Shown one piece after another: positions 17,404 through 26,217 of a stretch of 32,000 nucleotides of DNA. Position 1 is the stretch's first letter. Every line of letters starts with the position of its first letter. Below the pieces are notes generated by a model. The model was given only the letters and a program-made list of their open reading frames with translations, was not told the origin of the DNA and made no database searches. The stretch lies in the sequence record MG839026.1. One strand, 5' to 3'. The DNA comes from Microbacterium phage Superfresh. The position numbers were made by a program, and so were the translations under genes.

Positions 17404-19237
17404 CTCCCCAGCACCGCGAGATCGTGACGTCTGCCTTGAGGAAGAACTTGCGCTTGAGACCATCGTCTGCTGCCTCCAATGTCTGCTTGACGATTCGCCC
17501 GACCTTCCGGGCATACTTGTATGGTGCGGTCAGGCACACAGAGTCGTGCACCGTGGTGATGAGCTGAGCGTCGTAGAGCGACATCCTGGGGTCGCGTGCG
17601 AGCTTGGCAAGGGAGATGAGCATGAAGTCAGAGCCTGTGCTCTGCACGGGGCTGTTGATGGCCTGCCGGAAGGCGTTCTCCTGAACCCAGTAGTCGCCGT
17701 CGTACACCTTCGGCAAGTGCCGGAACCGGCCGAACTCGTTGTGCACTCCGCCGTACTCGATTGCCTCTCGGCGCTGTCTGCGGTACCAGTCCTCCAGCGA
17801 GCTGAAGGTCTCGAAGAACTCAGCACGGAACTTGCCTGCGTCCTTGGGATTGATGGTGACCCCATAGTTCTCGAAGACGTAGTCCGCGAAGTGCTTCTCC
17901 CGCATGCCGTAGATGAAGCCGAAGTTGACACCCTTCGCCAGCGACCGGTGCTCCTTGGTCATCTCCTTGCCCTGGACGAGCTTCATGGCCATGAAGGTGT
18001 GGATGTCTTCGTCCCGCTCGAACAGGTCCAGCATGGTCCGGTCGCCTGCCATCACTGCGGCCACACGAAGCTCCAGCTGACCGAAGTCTACCTCGATCCA
18101 GGCACGACCGCGTTCGCCGAACAGGTTCCGGGTCGACTTGTCGCGGGGGATCTGCTGCGAGTTGAGGCCGGGGTCCTCGTCGCTGGGGCTGCTGCTAGAG
18201 AGCCTGCCAGTGACAGTGCCCGTGAGCTTGAAGCTGGTGCCGATCCTGCCGTCCCTGGTGCGCTCCTCGATCGGGACCAGGAAGCCGGTCAGCTGCTTGT
18301 ACAGGGTCGAGCGCTTGATCAGCAGGCGAGCCGCAGGGTGGTCGATCTTGCCGAGGTTCTCAGCGCTCAGGCTGGGCACCCCATCGGGCCACGTCTTGGA
18401 GGGCTTGCCGACCGCAGGGCACTTCGCTCCCTGATGCACGTACAGCCACCACTTCGTCCAGTTAGTGTTCCCCCAGTTGACCTTCGACTTCTTCAGGAAG
18501 TCAGGCCAGCGCTCCTTGTCGGGGACGCTCTTGTCGAGCTGAGCCTCGATGGCTGCGATCTCGTCCATGACACGCTGCTTGGTCTTCTTGACGAGGGGCA
18601 TCCGCACGGGCATGCGGTTCGCCTCCATCATCTGCAGAGGCTTGACCGCAGGGAGCATGATCTGCTGCATCACGAACACGGGGTTCTCCCCCGGCCGGAG
18701 GTTCTTGCGCAGGTACTTCTTCTGCCACTTGAGGAGCTCACGGCCAACGTGGACATCCTTGCCGACGTACTTGCTGACCTCGAGCTTGTTCGCGTTCCAG
18801 GTCTTCCGGGGAATCTTCACCCGGTCCTCCCAGTGCTTGCCGAACATGGCACCGAACTGCGTGACGTCGATCTCCTCCTTGCCGTAGCCGAGGAGGCGCT
18901 TGCCCAGGTCGTCCAGGCCGATGGTGCGGTTCTCGTCCAGCAGGTAGGCCATGAACATCGTGTCCCACACGACGCGGACACGTGCCCCGTAGCTCTCCAG
19001 CCAGCGCTGATCGAACGGGGAGTTGTGCGCAGCACCACGCAGGAGGCGGAGCTTCTTGATCTCTCCCGGAGCGGAGGGCCACCAGACCATCACGTCGTCA
19101 CGGTCGAGCGGTGCGAAGGCCACACAGAGCATCTGGCCGTGCCCGACGGTGAGAGCCGTGGTCTCGATGTCGAAGTAAGTGATGGCTTTGGACTGTGCGA
19201 GGTACTCCTGGACCTCGGTCCAGTCGTCGCTGATCAT
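17381..19237 (-). CDS. Family A DNA polymerase (PolA-like) with 3'-5' exonuclease domain
   Basis: ITYFDIETTAL (exo I), WIEVDFGQLELRVAA (motif A), KGVNFGFIYGM (motif B), TTVHDSV (motif C). ATG at 19237 with GCAGGAG RBS. Confidence 0.95.
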   Translation of the reverse strand: MISDDWTEVQEYLAQSKAITYFDIETTALTVGHGQMLCVAFAPLDRDDVMVWWPSAPGEIKKLRLLRGAAHNSPFDQRWLESYGARVRVVWDTMFMAYLLDENRTIGLDDLGKRLLGYGKEEIDVTQFGAMFGKHWEDRVKIPRKTWNANKLEVSKYVGKDVHVGRELLKWQKKYLRKNLRPGENPVFVMQQIMLPAVKPLQMMEANRMPVRMPLVKKTKQRVMDEIAAIEAQLDKSVPDKERWPDFLKKSKVNWGNTNWTKWWLYVHQGAKCPAVGKPSKTWPDGVPSLSAENLGKIDHPAARLLIKRSTLYKQLTGFLVPIEERTRDGRIGTSFKLTGTVTGRLSSSSPSDEDPGLNSQQIPRDKSTRNLFGERGRAWIEVDFGQLELRVAAVMAGDRTMLDLFERDEDIHTFMAMKLVQGKEMTKEHRSLAKGVNFGFIYGMREKHFADYVFENYGVTINPKDAGKFRAEFFETFSSLEDWYRRQRREAIEYGGVHNEFGRFRHLPKVYDGDYWVQENAFRQAINSPVQSTGSDFMLISLAKLARDPRMSLYDAQLITTVHDSVCLTAPYKYARKVGRIVKQTLEAADDGLKRKFFLKADVTISRCWGGEPLAEF

Positions 19238-19293
19238 CAGTTGCAAGTGGGGCTCCTGCAGGGTGAGTGTGGAACTAAGTTGTGGAACTAGCG

Positions 19294-19370
19294 TGGATGA
19301 CCAGGAATCGAACCTGGAACAAGCTTCCGACACACCGTCGCTTGCTTCCGGCCTGGTGTGGCCTCATCCA
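19294..19370 (-). ncRNA. tRNA-like element (acceptor stem and T arm intact, no canonical anticodon arm)
   Basis: - strand: TGGATGA...CCAGG-TTCGATT-CCTGG-TCATCCA. 7/7 acceptor pairing, 5-bp T stem and 7-nt T loop; no 5-bp/7-nt anticodon arm found by hand. Confidence 0.45.
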
Positions 19371-19398
19371 ACCCTCGATGATACCCTCGAGGATGGGG

Positions 19399-19437
19399 AA
19401 CCCCCGGCCACCGTCTCGGGTGAGGCGACCGGGGGTT
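19399..19437 (-). terminator. Hairpin terminator downstream of the 19446-19874 gene
   Basis: AACCCCCGG/CCGGGGGTT 9-bp stem with inner CACC/GGTG. Confidence 0.6.
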
Positions 19438-19445
19438 CGTCTGGG

Positions 19446-19874
19446 TCAGCGCGTGGGACGCTTGCGAGCCGACGCTGCGGGAGCCTTCGCCGCTGCGGGC
19501 TTGCGTGCTGCCGTCTTCGCAGCGGGAGCGGCCTTCGCCGCCGGAGCCTTCTTGGCCGGAGCGGCCTTGGCGACGGGCTTCGGCTCCTCGCCAGCGGGCT
19601 TCTCGATCTCCCAGCCGGTGGGGAGCTCGTCGACGTTGGCGATGGCCCGGTCGACCAGACCCTCGAAGTCGTCGCCCTCGATGGCCTCGACGAACGCCTG
19701 CCACGCGATGGCTCGCATCGCCTTGTAGCGGTTCTTCTGGATGTCGATGCCGGTCGCGTCGATGACCTTGACGATGCCCTCGTTGACGATCTGCTTGAGC
19801 GTCGGCTCGGTGGACTCGGTCTCGACGACCTCGTCCTCGAGGACGGCTGCCTTGGTGCTCTTCGTGGTGGCCAT
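19446..19874 (-). CDS. Hypothetical protein with histone H1-like Ala/Lys/Pro C-terminal tail
   Basis: Tail KPVAKAAPAKKAPAAKAAPAAKTAARKPAAAKAPAASARKRPTR. Confidence 0.75.
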   Translation of the reverse strand: MATTKSTKAAVLEDEVVETESTEPTLKQIVNEGIVKVIDATGIDIQKNRYKAMRAIAWQAFVEAIEGDDFEGLVDRAIANVDELPTGWEIEKPAGEEPKPVAKAAPAKKAPAAKAAPAAKTAARKPAAAKAPAASARKRPTR

Positions 19875-19978
19875 GATGTTCTCCTTGGTAGTGGCCGGAT
19901 GGTGGAAGCGAGACTGGCTCAGGGTTGGTGACCGGTTGGTTACGGAGCGGTTGAGAGCGCTGCTTGCTGGTAGGTACT

Positions 19979-20007
19979 ACTTTGCCTGATCGTTTCGCGT
20001 AGCGCAA
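19979..20007 (-). promoter_or_regulatory. Promoter TTGCGC-N17-CAAAGT
   Basis: Consensus -35 and 17-nt spacer, weaker -10; followed by AGTACCTACC. Confidence 0.5.
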
Positions 20008-20044
20008 GTCCTGGGTGAAAATTTCCTGAAAATTTTCTCGATCC

Positions 20045-21433
20045 TTACTGCCGGTAGGGACGGTGGGGCTGCTGCTTGATGCGCTTGACCACGGTGTTGA
20101 GGTGGTCGTGGTTCACCATGAGCGTCTGCCATACGTCCTCGTCGACGGTTCCCTTGCCGCACAGGAACCACACGGTCGGGCTGGCAGGCGACAACTTGAT
20201 GCGGTCGCTGGCCTGCTTGAACGTGATGTAGTTGAAGTCGGACGAGTACCAGATGAGGTCGTTGGCCACACTGATGTCCACGGCCATTGCAACGGTCCTG
20301 GGCTGGACGAGGAGGACCTTGCAGTCCGGGTCGTACTGGAAGTCCTGGATGACCCTGTCTCGATCCTGCACGGACCCTGTGATGAGCCGGTGGCCGATGC
20401 CCCTGCGGGTCAGCCAGCGCTTCACGAGCTTGATCTCCCACGTGTGCGTCGCGGCGATGATGACCTTGCCGTGGCACCGACCCAGCACCGTCCCCAGGGC
20501 TGCGAGACGCTTGCGTGCTGCTGCGGGTATGGTGTGGCTGTGCCCCTCGTCGTCCTTGACCCAGCCAGCGACCAGGGTACGCATACGCAGGAGCCGGGTG
20601 AGCGGGTTCAGGGCTGCGACTGTGTAGTCGTCTACCTCGAGCACGCCTTCCTTGAGAAGCTCCTTGAGCTGGAGGCGGACCTCTTCGGGCACCGGGTAGC
20701 GCACCTTGCGGATCGGCACTGGGTCGCCAGGACCGACCATCGTGATGACGTTCGGCTGGAGGTAGGCGTTCAGCTCGGCCTGCCTGATGGGACGGATCAG
20801 CTCGGGGAAGCCCTTGACCGTGGTCCACTCGCCGAAGTGCTCCCGGAAGTCCCGCGCTCCAGGCCAGTGTGCTCGGATGCCAGGGTCGAGGAACGTCCAC
20901 TGTCCGTACACGGCATCGATCTGTGAGGGGTTCGTGACAGGCGTCCCGGTCATCAGGAGCCGGTAGTGCCAGTCTGCTGCCAGCGGCCGGATGTTCTTGC
21001 CGATGACCCCGTTCGGCGTCTTGATGATGTGGCTCTCATCCAGAAGCATCATGCCCTGCCCCTTGCAGAACTGAGACATCTGCTTGAGGAAGGGCTTGAG
21101 CTTGGCGAAGGGTCGCTTGGCGAACTGATCGTAGTTCACGAAGAGGATGGCCGTGCTGCGGAACATGCCGGTGACAGGGTACTTGGCACCGTCGGTCAGG
21201 GAGTGATAGCTGTACGGGATGTCGAGCCACTTCGCAGCTTCGGTTCTCCACGTGGACTCCGCGATCTTCGGCCCTACCACCACGGCCACACGAGGCCGGA
21301 CGTGCTGGATCCACTTCAGAGCGACTGCTGTCTTCCCTGAACGCGGCTCAGCCCAGAGGGCCGCGAAGTGCCTACCGGGTTCGGTAAGACGCTCCAGTGC
21401 GACCCTCTGGGACTCCCTGAGCTGAAGGCTCAC
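20045..21433 (-). CDS. SNF2/SF2 helicase
   Basis: LWAEPRSGKTAVALKWI, LLDESHIIK, LLMTGTPVTN, SDRIKLSPASP. GTG start at 21433 with tight coupling; the ORF-track extension overlaps the neighbour. Confidence 0.88.
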   Translation of the reverse strand: MSLQLRESQRVALERLTEPGRHFAALWAEPRSGKTAVALKWIQHVRPRVAVVVGPKIAESTWRTEAAKWLDIPYSYHSLTDGAKYPVTGMFRSTAILFVNYDQFAKRPFAKLKPFLKQMSQFCKGQGMMLLDESHIIKTPNGVIGKNIRPLAADWHYRLLMTGTPVTNPSQIDAVYGQWTFLDPGIRAHWPGARDFREHFGEWTTVKGFPELIRPIRQAELNAYLQPNVITMVGPGDPVPIRKVRYPVPEEVRLQLKELLKEGVLEVDDYTVAALNPLTRLLRMRTLVAGWVKDDEGHSHTIPAAARKRLAALGTVLGRCHGKVIIAATHTWEIKLVKRWLTRRGIGHRLITGSVQDRDRVIQDFQYDPDCKVLLVQPRTVAMAVDISVANDLIWYSSDFNYITFKQASDRIKLSPASPTVWFLCGKGTVDEDVWQTLMVNHDHLNTVVKRIKQQPHRPYRQ

Positions 21434-22026
21434 TAGCTGTAGACCTTCCCGTAGTCGATGCCGGTGACGGGCAGGCGTGCGCCCAGGAGCCAGTCGGTTG
21501 CCTCCGCGACGCCTGCGTAGGTGGCGATCTCCGGCTTCAGGTAGGCCAGGGTCACGTGAGGCTTGTACTCGGTGAAGCTGTCGACGTGAGGCAGGACGCT
21601 GAGTGCTGCGTTCATCTCGAGCAGGTCGTCTCCGCCCAGGCGAGCCACCAGGCACCCATACGGGAGGTCCTCGTAGGGCGAGGGGAAGACCTCGATGTCG
21701 ACGACCTCAGCGGTCACGGCACGAGGCCACCCGATCAGCTGATTGACCGCCTCCTTGATCTCGTGAGCCGGGATGAGGAGACCGTACTTGGCGGTGACGT
21801 GTGCCTTGGTCTCGCCGACCGGCCCTCGCACCCAGTCCCGGTAGTCGCCCTCCGGAGCGTACACGTAGTCGCTGTCGATGATGGCCACACCAGACGCGTT
21901 CCCGTAGCCCAGGATACGACGGACGTCCAGCGGGTCGAAGGTGAGGCCCACGTAGCCGAGGGTCTTGACGTCGACACCCAGGTGGAACATGAGCTCCTCC
22001 CGGCCTACGAACTGGTTCTTGTTCAT
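21433..22026 (-). CDS. 2H phosphoesterase (2'-5' RNA ligase-like)
   Basis: Two HxT motifs: HVTAKYG and HVTLAYL. Confidence 0.75.
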   Translation of the reverse strand: MNKNQFVGREELMFHLGVDVKTLGYVGLTFDPLDVRRILGYGNASGVAIIDSDYVYAPEGDYRDWVRGPVGETKAHVTAKYGLLIPAHEIKEAVNQLIGWPRAVTAEVVDIEVFPSPYEDLPYGCLVARLGGDDLLEMNAALSVLPHVDSFTEYKPHVTLAYLKPEIATYAGVAEATDWLLGARLPVTGIDYGKVYS

Positions 22027-22319
22027 CTGTTGAATGCCTCTCTGAATCCGATGGCGATGTTCTCTACTGCGTCAGACAGGGCACGGGCCATCTCCCCGTA
22101 TGCCTTGCCGATGTTGCGGGCTGTCTGTGCTGCGGCCTGTGCTGCGGCCTCCTGCTGTCGCAGGCGCTCCTCCTTGGCCTGCTGGTCCAGCATCTCAGCG
22201 TAGGCCAGCGGGGTCATCCCGTAGATACGGGCTTCGGCCTCCAGGGCACGCTTGCGGATCAGCATCTTGATCTTGAAGTCGACCTCCCGGAACTCCTTGT
22301 CGATGTCCATGGTGGCCAT
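22023..22319 (-). CDS. Hypothetical helical protein
   Basis: Coupled start/stop; 98 aa. Confidence 0.65.
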   Translation of the reverse strand: MATMDIDKEFREVDFKIKMLIRKRALEAEARIYGMTPLAYAEMLDQQAKEERLRQQEAAAQAAAQTARNIGKAYGEMARALSDAVENIAIGFREAFNR

Positions 22320-22597
22320 CAGTACTCCTTCAGGGTAGCGATCATGCGGAACATGATCTTGTTCTGTACCAGGTCTTCGAACCGCTGCTCCTCGAAGGTC
22401 CAGTAGTACCCAGGAGGAGGGTCGGGGAGCAGGCGCTGGAGCCGTGCCATCTCGGCGTTCAGCTTCTCGACCAGGCTCTGGATGATGCCGTTCGCCGGGC
22501 TGAAGGTCAGGTCCACGGGGTCCAACTCCAGGGTGTGGCCCTTCAGCTCCAGCTTGTCAACCGGGATCTCCCAGAAGCGCCTGCTCCCCGTGTGCAT
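22319..22597 (-). CDS. Hypothetical protein
   Basis: Coupled start/stop; 92 aa. Confidence 0.65.
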   Translation of the reverse strand: MHTGSRRFWEIPVDKLELKGHTLELDPVDLTFSPANGIIQSLVEKLNAEMARLQRLLPDPPPGYYWTFEEQRFEDLVQNKIMFRMIATLKEY

Positions 22598-23403
22598 CAG
22601 GCGACCTGCTCTTCGGCCTCGGGCTTCCAGCCCTGCTGCTCGAGCACGTGGGCGAGGTTCGGCTTGTAGTAGTTCGGTCCCTTCTTGACGCGACCGGGGA
22701 AGACCCCGTCGGGGTCGTTCGGGCCAGCGATGATGGGCTTGCCGTCCTCACCGAGCTTGGACATGTTGCTGCCCTGGACCTCGTCGTAGCCAGGCTCGGC
22801 GTCCATGCCCGAGCGGTTGAGTCCGCCATAGGTCACGTACAGGATGTCGATGAAGGCGTCGTAGACCTCCACCGTGTCCTGCTCGCCGACCTGCTCCAGC
22901 GAGGCGAAGGTGCCCTCTTCGGTGTAGGTGGCCTTGAAGCCGAACGCGGTCACCAGCTCGTTGAACTCCTCGCGGATCAGCTCCAGGACCACGGGCACGT
23001 CCGCAGTCGGGATGGCCTGCGGGCTGGCAGGCGTCTTGATCCCGAAGGCCGTGTGGAAGTCCCGGTTCTGGCGCTGTGCCTTGTGTCCCCAGTCCGGGAG
23101 GTTGAGCAGGTGCTGGAGCTTGGCGAGCAGGTAGTCCCGCGACTCAGTGTGGCCGATCGTGCTGTACTCGGCCTCGAACTCCGGCTCGGTGAACCGGGCG
23201 AACTTGCCCTGCTCGTACTTGACGATGTAGTCGCTGGGCACTGCGGTCTGGCTCCGGCCGTTCACGTCGGTGAACATGACCCAGGCACCGTCGGAGGCGC
23301 TGTTGATGACGCGACCGCCACACCACTTGGCGACCTCCTTGGCGGCATCGAGGGTGAAGCGGATGGCTTCGACGGTCGGGTTGTTGTGCTGGTAGGTGGT
23401 CAC
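22597..23403 (-). CDS. MazG-like all-alpha NTP pyrophosphohydrolase with N-terminal small phage domain
   Basis: LELIREEFNELVTAFG...EVYDAFIDILYVTYGG...EVQGSNMSKLGEDGKPI; N-terminal NPTVEAIRFTLDAAKEVAKWCGG. Confidence 0.8.
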   Translation of the reverse strand: MTTYQHNNPTVEAIRFTLDAAKEVAKWCGGRVINSASDGAWVMFTDVNGRSQTAVPSDYIVKYEQGKFARFTEPEFEAEYSTIGHTESRDYLLAKLQHLLNLPDWGHKAQRQNRDFHTAFGIKTPASPQAIPTADVPVVLELIREEFNELVTAFGFKATYTEEGTFASLEQVGEQDTVEVYDAFIDILYVTYGGLNRSGMDAEPGYDEVQGSNMSKLGEDGKPIIAGPNDPDGVFPGRVKKGPNYYKPNLAHVLEQQGWKPEAEEQVA

Positions 23404-24125
23404 TGGGGGTTTCCCTTTCTCTCGCGGCGGACGAGCCGCTGCTCTTTCTCGAAGTTGTCAGTCATGCGGTCGACCTCGTCCCAGTTGACAAGCCGGGGGT
23501 CTTTGGGGTCCTCGCTCGAGAACGGGCTGAGGACGATGGTAAGTGCTTCGGCGAAGCCACGGGCCTCGGCCAAGATGTTCTTCTTCTTGACCGGGTCCTC
23601 TTCCTCCTCGGCGATCACGGAGAGCTCGTTGTACGAGTTGTACAGCTTCCGCAGCATGTGAGCGCCGACCACGTCTCCGGCCTTGAGCACGCTGTTGAAG
23701 CGGACCCGCTTGTCGGGGATGTGCTGGAAGGCACTGGTCGTGAGGTAGCGCGCGATGCTCTCGCTGTCTTCGTGCCCTGCGTCGAGTGCTGCCTCGATAG
23801 CGTCGGCGATGACATCGATGGTGGTGACGCCAGGCCGGAGGCTCTCTCGGTCATCCACGACGGCGAAGATGATGCCCTGGCCGGTGAACGTCGTGGCGTC
23901 TGGTGTGGCGTGAGCCCTGGTCTTCTTGGCCATCGGCTGTTCCTTTCCGAACTTCTGGATGATGAGACCCTGGTCCCGGTAGCGCCTGAGCTCCCGTGCT
24001 GCTTCTTCACGCTCTGCTGCGGGGAGCTTGGTGTTGACGGAACGGGAGTGCAGCACCCCGACCTTGAAGTAGTGATCGAAGGCGGGGTGCTGCCGAACCG
24101 TGTCAGCCGATCTTGCTGTCGGCAT
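23400..24125 (-). CDS. Hypothetical protein
   Basis: Coupled to neighbours; a possible internal start at MAKKTRAH. Confidence 0.6.
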   Translation of the reverse strand: MPTARSADTVRQHPAFDHYFKVGVLHSRSVNTKLPAAEREEAARELRRYRDQGLIIQKFGKEQPMAKKTRAHATPDATTFTGQGIIFAVVDDRESLRPGVTTIDVIADAIEAALDAGHEDSESIARYLTTSAFQHIPDKRVRFNSVLKAGDVVGAHMLRKLYNSYNELSVIAEEEEDPVKKKNILAEARGFAEALTIVLSPFSSEDPKDPRLVNWDEVDRMTDNFEKEQRLVRRERKGNPQ

Positions 24126-24684
24126 AGCGCAACAGCTCGAGGAGGCTGGGGCCGTCGTGGACGAGGGTCTCGTACTGACTGCCCCACGGGAAGCCGGGAG
24201 CGTCGAACACCCGGAGCTGACGGTCGAAGCTGCCGTCGGGGTTGTGAGTGACCTCGAACGCGGTCACCGACTTCCAGAGCGAGTAGTCCCACGACTTGTT
24301 GAGGCCTGCCAGGATGTCCAGGAAGTGGTAATACGCCTGGTTCACCTTCGACGAGTGCTGCTCGGTGTAGTTCTCGCCCTCCGCCTCGGGGACGAGGTTG
24401 GGCTGGTGCACCGACAGGACCAGATGCGTCTCGGGCATCGCGAACACGGTGCGGACGCGGGCGTCGTTCCACTCCTTGTCCGGCATGGCCAGACGGTACA
24501 TCATGTGGGTCATCCAGTCGATGCGGTCGAAGGTCTGCACGACCTCCGGCTCGCCTGCCAGGTCAGCGAGGACTGCTGCGTAGTTCTCCTTGGTGGCGTT
24601 GTAGATCGGGCTGTGATTGTGCGACAGCTCGGTGGAGAGGGTGGTCTTGCCGACTTCGTCAGGACCTTCGAATGCGATGAGCAT
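24103..24684 (-). CDS. Thymidylate-kinase-like / nucleoside monophosphate kinase
   Basis: LIAFEGPDEVGKTTLS P-loop, VVQTFDRIDWMTHMMYRL DRx-like motif. Confidence 0.7.
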   Translation of the reverse strand: MLIAFEGPDEVGKTTLSTELSHNHSPIYNATKENYAAVLADLAGEPEVVQTFDRIDWMTHMMYRLAMPDKEWNDARVRTVFAMPETHLVLSVHQPNLVPEAEGENYTEQHSSKVNQAYYHFLDILAGLNKSWDYSLWKSVTAFEVTHNPDGSFDRQLRVFDAPGFPWGSQYETLVHDGPSLLELLRYADSKIG

Positions 24685-24699
24685 GGGGCTTACTCCTTG

Positions 24700-25632
24700 T
24701 TAGATGAGGACGTCGAGCAAGACGTCGATGGGTTCGGAACCGGTGTCCCTGTACCACTTGGGCCAGTTTACACCGATCCTCATGATTCCGCCAAGCTTGT
24801 TCTTGACGGAGGCTTTGAGGTACGGGTACATCTTCGGGTACGCGTATGCCGCGTTCTCCAGGTCCGGGGTCCGGGCGACCTCGTCCTGCGGGTCGAGCGG
24901 GATGGTGGTCTCGATGGTCCCGTTCTGGTCGTAGGCCACACCAGGAAGCGTGAACCAGTCCCAGCCGCGATCCATGGTGTCGAGGCACATGCTGAGGTCC
25001 TCGCCGTGGTTCCGGTAGTCCTTGTGGCAGGTCCGCCACTGGAACCGCTGGACATCGATGAACAGGACGCAGGCAGGGAAGCTACCCTTGTTGATGGTGG
25101 CACCGATGGCGGGGTTCACGTCGCCGCTGAAGAGCGCGTTCCGTGCTGCCCCGTAGGCTACGGTCGGGCTGTGCTTGAAGACCCTGCTGGCGAGCAGGCA
25201 GGCGACTGCCAGGCTGCGCACCAGGAGCATCGGCTCGGGGATGCCAGAGACCCGAGCGCTGTACCGACGGGTGTGGTCGGTCTTGCCGGGGCGAGCGATG
25301 CGCTCCAGGAGGCTGACGTGCCAGACATCGTCGTCGAGCATCACGATGCGCTCGTAGTGGCGACGCTCTGCATCCCGCAGGCAGACAGCTCGGGCCGGAC
25401 CGATGCCGTAGGGTGCCTGCTGACGGACGATGGTCGCCCACGGGTACTCCTGCTTGTAGGTCTCGAACTCGGTGTCCCGCACCACGATGTGGACGCGTCG
25501 CTTGACCGAGACCGAGGCACCCTTCAGCATCTCGAGGAGCGGTGCCTTGCCTGCCCGCTGGTAGCTCGGGACGTAGATCGGGTACAGCCACGAGGCCTTC
25601 GCCGACTTGAGGTATGTGATGTGCTTATTCAT
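24700..25632 (-). CDS. GT-A-like glycosyltransferase, reminiscent of TET-associated glycosyltransferases
   Basis: YPIYVPSYQRAGK...VHIVVRDTEFETYKQEY...YGIGPARAVCLRDAERRHYERIVMLDDDVW. Confidence 0.6.
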   Translation of the reverse strand: MNKHITYLKSAKASWLYPIYVPSYQRAGKAPLLEMLKGASVSVKRRVHIVVRDTEFETYKQEYPWATIVRQQAPYGIGPARAVCLRDAERRHYERIVMLDDDVWHVSLLERIARPGKTDHTRRYSARVSGIPEPMLLVRSLAVACLLASRVFKHSPTVAYGAARNALFSGDVNPAIGATINKGSFPACVLFIDVQRFQWRTCHKDYRNHGEDLSMCLDTMDRGWDWFTLPGVAYDQNGTIETTIPLDPQDEVARTPDLENAAYAYPKMYPYLKASVKNKLGGIMRIGVNWPKWYRDTGSEPIDVLLDVLI

Positions 25633-25858
25633 GGTGTGGTGTGGCCTCCCAGCCGTCCCATTCGAATTCTCCTGGGTAGTTCTTGACGGCCGAGTAGTGG
25701 CCTGATCTGGTCTCGATGTTGCTGATGGGGTCAAGGACCTCAGCGAAGGTCTCCGGCATCCGGAGTGGCTGCTGGATGGTGAAGCACCGTGCTCCACTTT
25801 CCAGGGCCACACGCTGGCCGTGGAGGGGTCCGCCGTTAAGATGGACGTGCTGTACCAC
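25625..25858 (-). CDS. Small hypothetical protein
   Basis: VHLNGGPLHGQRVALESG; overlaps the downstream start by 8 nt. Confidence 0.65.
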   Translation of the reverse strand: MVQHVHLNGGPLHGQRVALESGARCFTIQQPLRMPETFAEVLDPISNIETRSGHYSAVKNYPGEFEWDGWEATPHHE

Positions 25859-25920
25859 GGTGACCTCCTAGGTCTGAAGATGGGGGTCGGTGCTGGGGAA
25901 GTACACCGACCCCCGGCCTG

Positions 25921-26217
25921 TTACTTCGGCTTGCGCTCGAGGGAGCGGAGGGTCCAGTCGACGCCTGCCCGGAACGCGGTAGCCGACCCGGTGAAGGGTC
26001 CGCCGTACAGCGTCTCAGAGACGGCCAGAGAGTCGTCCTGGATCGTCTTCCTGCGGATGCCTGACGCCTGGGGCAGGATGCCCCGAACCGAGCGCCAGAT
26101 GCCGACCAGGATCGCGAAGAGGATGATGAGGGCACCGGCCAGGCAGAGAAGCCAGAGTCCCCAGCTGATGATGGCCCAGAGCCACTCCCAGGGGTCGTTC
26201 GCCTCCAGCGGGTTCAC
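25921..26217 (-). CDS. Small membrane protein (GTG start)
   Basis: GTGA overlap; EWLWAIISWGLWLLCLAGALIILFAILVGIW TM segment. Confidence 0.6.
   Translation of the reverse strand: MNPLEANDPWEWLWAIISWGLWLLCLAGALIILFAILVGIWRSVRGILPQASGIRRKTIQDDSLAVSETLYGGPFTGSATAFRAGVDWTLRSLERKPK

Noticed and set aside
17345-19291. 648-aa + strand ORF antisense to DNA polymerase
   Set aside because: Composition (Val/Leu/Asp/Arg-rich) typical of a GC-rich reverse frame; pol motifs lie on the - strand.
19977-20900. 307-aa - strand ORF in another frame of the SNF2 gene
   Set aside because: Arg/Pro/Gly-rich off-frame product within a motif-bearing helicase gene.
24100-25686. 528-aa + strand ORF antisense to kinase and glycosyltransferase genes
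   Set aside because: Reverse-frame artefact spanning two clearly coding genes.
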